Below are positions 62,586 to 64,000 of a stretch of DNA of 64,000 bases, in pieces; position 1 is the first letter of the stretch, and each line of letters begins with the position of its first letter. This DNA comes from an uncultured Methylophaga sp. (GTDB lineage Bacteria > Pseudomonadota > Gammaproteobacteria > Nitrosococcales > Methylophagaceae). The DNA is taken from assembly GCA_965140485.1 (NCBI GenBank), contig OZ223249.1, forward strand, positions 731,750 to 795,749. Reading direction: 5' to 3'. The notes beneath the pieces are model-generated. The model saw nothing but the letters and a program-made list of their open reading frames with translations, had not been told where the DNA came from and did not search any database. Made by a program: the position numbers and the translations under genes.

Positions 62586-64000
62586 TTATCGGAAAATTCT
62601 AGGTAGAGGTGAACGATAATAAATTTGACGCGTCAGCCAATAGAGTGCACTAACAATAGAAGTCCAGGGACGTGCTCTGCCATTGCGTAGATTCTTATAT
62701 GGAGCTGTAAAGTCTCTGTCTAATTTTTTAACTTTACTAGGCAAAACAATAGTATCGTCAACTTCCAGATCTAATTGACTCAGTAATGATGGACGAATAT
62801 GTCCCGCTCTTACTTCACGTTCAACCTCTTCTCGTGTAATAAAGCCGAACGAAATGGCTCGTTTCAGACAGGAAACCCATAAATATCCCAAAGGATTTGC
62901 TAAAGAAATCCAAGGCTGTGTATTCATATCTGTATAGTGCAATAAGGCGGTGGTTGCAGGCTTAAATGATTCTAATGAGTTCCATTTTGGATCAATATTT
63001 TTTCCTATTTCTGGCGCAACTTTCATTTCATACATTAGTCCAGCATAGTCAAGGTCACCAGAATTCAGCTTCTCCACAATCGCTTTGATATCCCACTTTA
63101 AGCGAGCGCAGTCAAGTAACATAACGCTAAATTGTCCTTTCCGACCATTACCGCCATCTTTTACTGTTAATAAATCAGCCTCATCCAATGGATAATTCCA
63201 TAATTCAGTAATATCCTTAAAAACTTGCATATCTGCATCCAGATAAATTGCTCTTCCTTGATACTCACATAACTCAGGGATTAAAAACCGCTGAAATGAA
63301 AAAGGAGTACGAGGGCGATTTTTCGGATTATCTGGAACAGGGATATCTATTCCGGATTGATATAGAAAACTAACATCCACAGCTAAGTCAGTCTTCTCAC
63401 GAATCGAGAACTCCAACACTCGTGCTGGTAGCCATTCAGCAGGGGTGGCAGCGACAAACACTCGAACCGGCTCAGTATTAGAACCACTATTCATGTAAAC
63501 TTTATTTTTCATCTGAACAATCTCATTCAGTGACTTCGACACATTCGGAGTAGCAGCATTGTTGGAATATTTTTCAACATAACTCGAAACTTCAGGACGC
63601 TTCATCATTCGAGAGATAATATCTCTATTCAAAAATGTCCGGTCATAGTGTTTTTCCGGTATATCAACCATAAGGTTCTTATATTTAAGATCAACACCCA
63701 AAAATTCGTTTATATTTTTTATTGAGTTATCGAAATCAAATACAAGTTCCTCATAGTGGATGTGAAAGACTTTTTCATGAGATTGAGCTCGACTCACAGC
63801 GTTATAGGCTTCACACCAAGCATTGATCATGTCATCAATATCTGTAATAGCTTTCCACCAGTCTTTCCCTTCTTTCGCCATTGCCGTCCTACGAAGCATG
63901 GAATTAACGACATCGAAAGGATTCCGAGTTATATGCAAATAACGAACTTCTGGTATAGCCAAGACGTTATCAATTTCTTTGCAATAGTTTGGAAACTTGT
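62586..64000 (-). CDS. Sulfotransferase-like N-terminal domain fused to a GT8-like glycosyltransferase (5' end outside the window)
   Basis: The frame stays open to the window end (KFPNYCKEIDNVLAIPEV...); HITRNPFDVVNSM and IHYEEL sulfotransferase motifs; TPFSFQRF, YLDADM (DxD), HYT in the C-terminal domain. Confidence 0.75.
   Translation of the reverse strand, partial: KFPNYCKEIDNVLAIPEVRYLHITRNPFDVVNSMLRRTAMAKEGKDWWKAITDIDDMINAWCEAYNAVSRAQSHEKVFHIHYEELVFDFDNSIKNINEFLGVDLKYKNLMVDIPEKHYDRTFLNRDIISRMMKRPEVSSYVEKYSNNAATPNVSKSLNEIVQMKNKVYMNSGSNTEPVRVFVAATPAEWLPARVLEFSIREKTDLAVDVSFLYQSGIDIPVPDNPKNRPRTPFSFQRFLIPELCEYQGRAIYLDADMQVFKDITELWNYPLDEADLLTVKDGGNGRKGQFSVMLLDCARLKWDIKAIVEKLNSGDLDYAGLMYEMKVAPEIGKNIDPKWNSLESFKPATTALLHYTDMNTQPWISLANPLGYLWVSCLKRAISFGFITREEVEREVRAGHIRPSLLSQLDLEVDDTIVLPSKVKKLDRDFTAPYKNLRNGRARPWTSIVSALYWLTRQIYYRSPLPRIFR

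Overview
64 kb of a roughly 40-45% GC gammaproteobacterial chromosome (GC estimated by eye; gene content and order suggest a marine methylotroph such as Methylophaga, an unverified impression). Most of it is housekeeping: arsR-arsC-acr3, fpr, ribF, xseB-ispA-dxs, queD-folE2, mobAB-moeA-ttcA, dapC-dapD-yffB-dapE, purU, fabA-fabB, yfgM-bamB-der, amt, the rpsB-tsf-pyrH-frr-uppS-cdsA-dxr-rseP-bamA-skp-lpxD-fabZ-lpxA superoperon, map-glnD, comEA and the edge of a polysaccharide locus. I saw no IS, prophage, rRNA, tRNA or CRISPR array. The most interesting element is at 25773-29195. A 96-aa His/Cys-containing exported leader peptide ends in the ribosome-arrest motif RAPP. Its last codons are complementary to the Shine-Dalgarno and AUG of the next gene, the first of an outer-membrane barrel / metal-binding protein / permease operon with no ATPase gene. 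This looks like a metal-sensing translational-arrest switch on a Zn-type uptake system. Other highlights are a DnaA-box and IHF-site cluster between convergent genes (datA/DARS-like), an orphan GspG-like pseudopilin coupled to a GGDEF-EAL sensor, a VpsT-like pseudo-receiver regulator inside a cargo-less Lap-type T1SS operon, a PA1343-type PagP homologue inside the dap operon, and a sulfotransferase-glycosyltransferase fusion.
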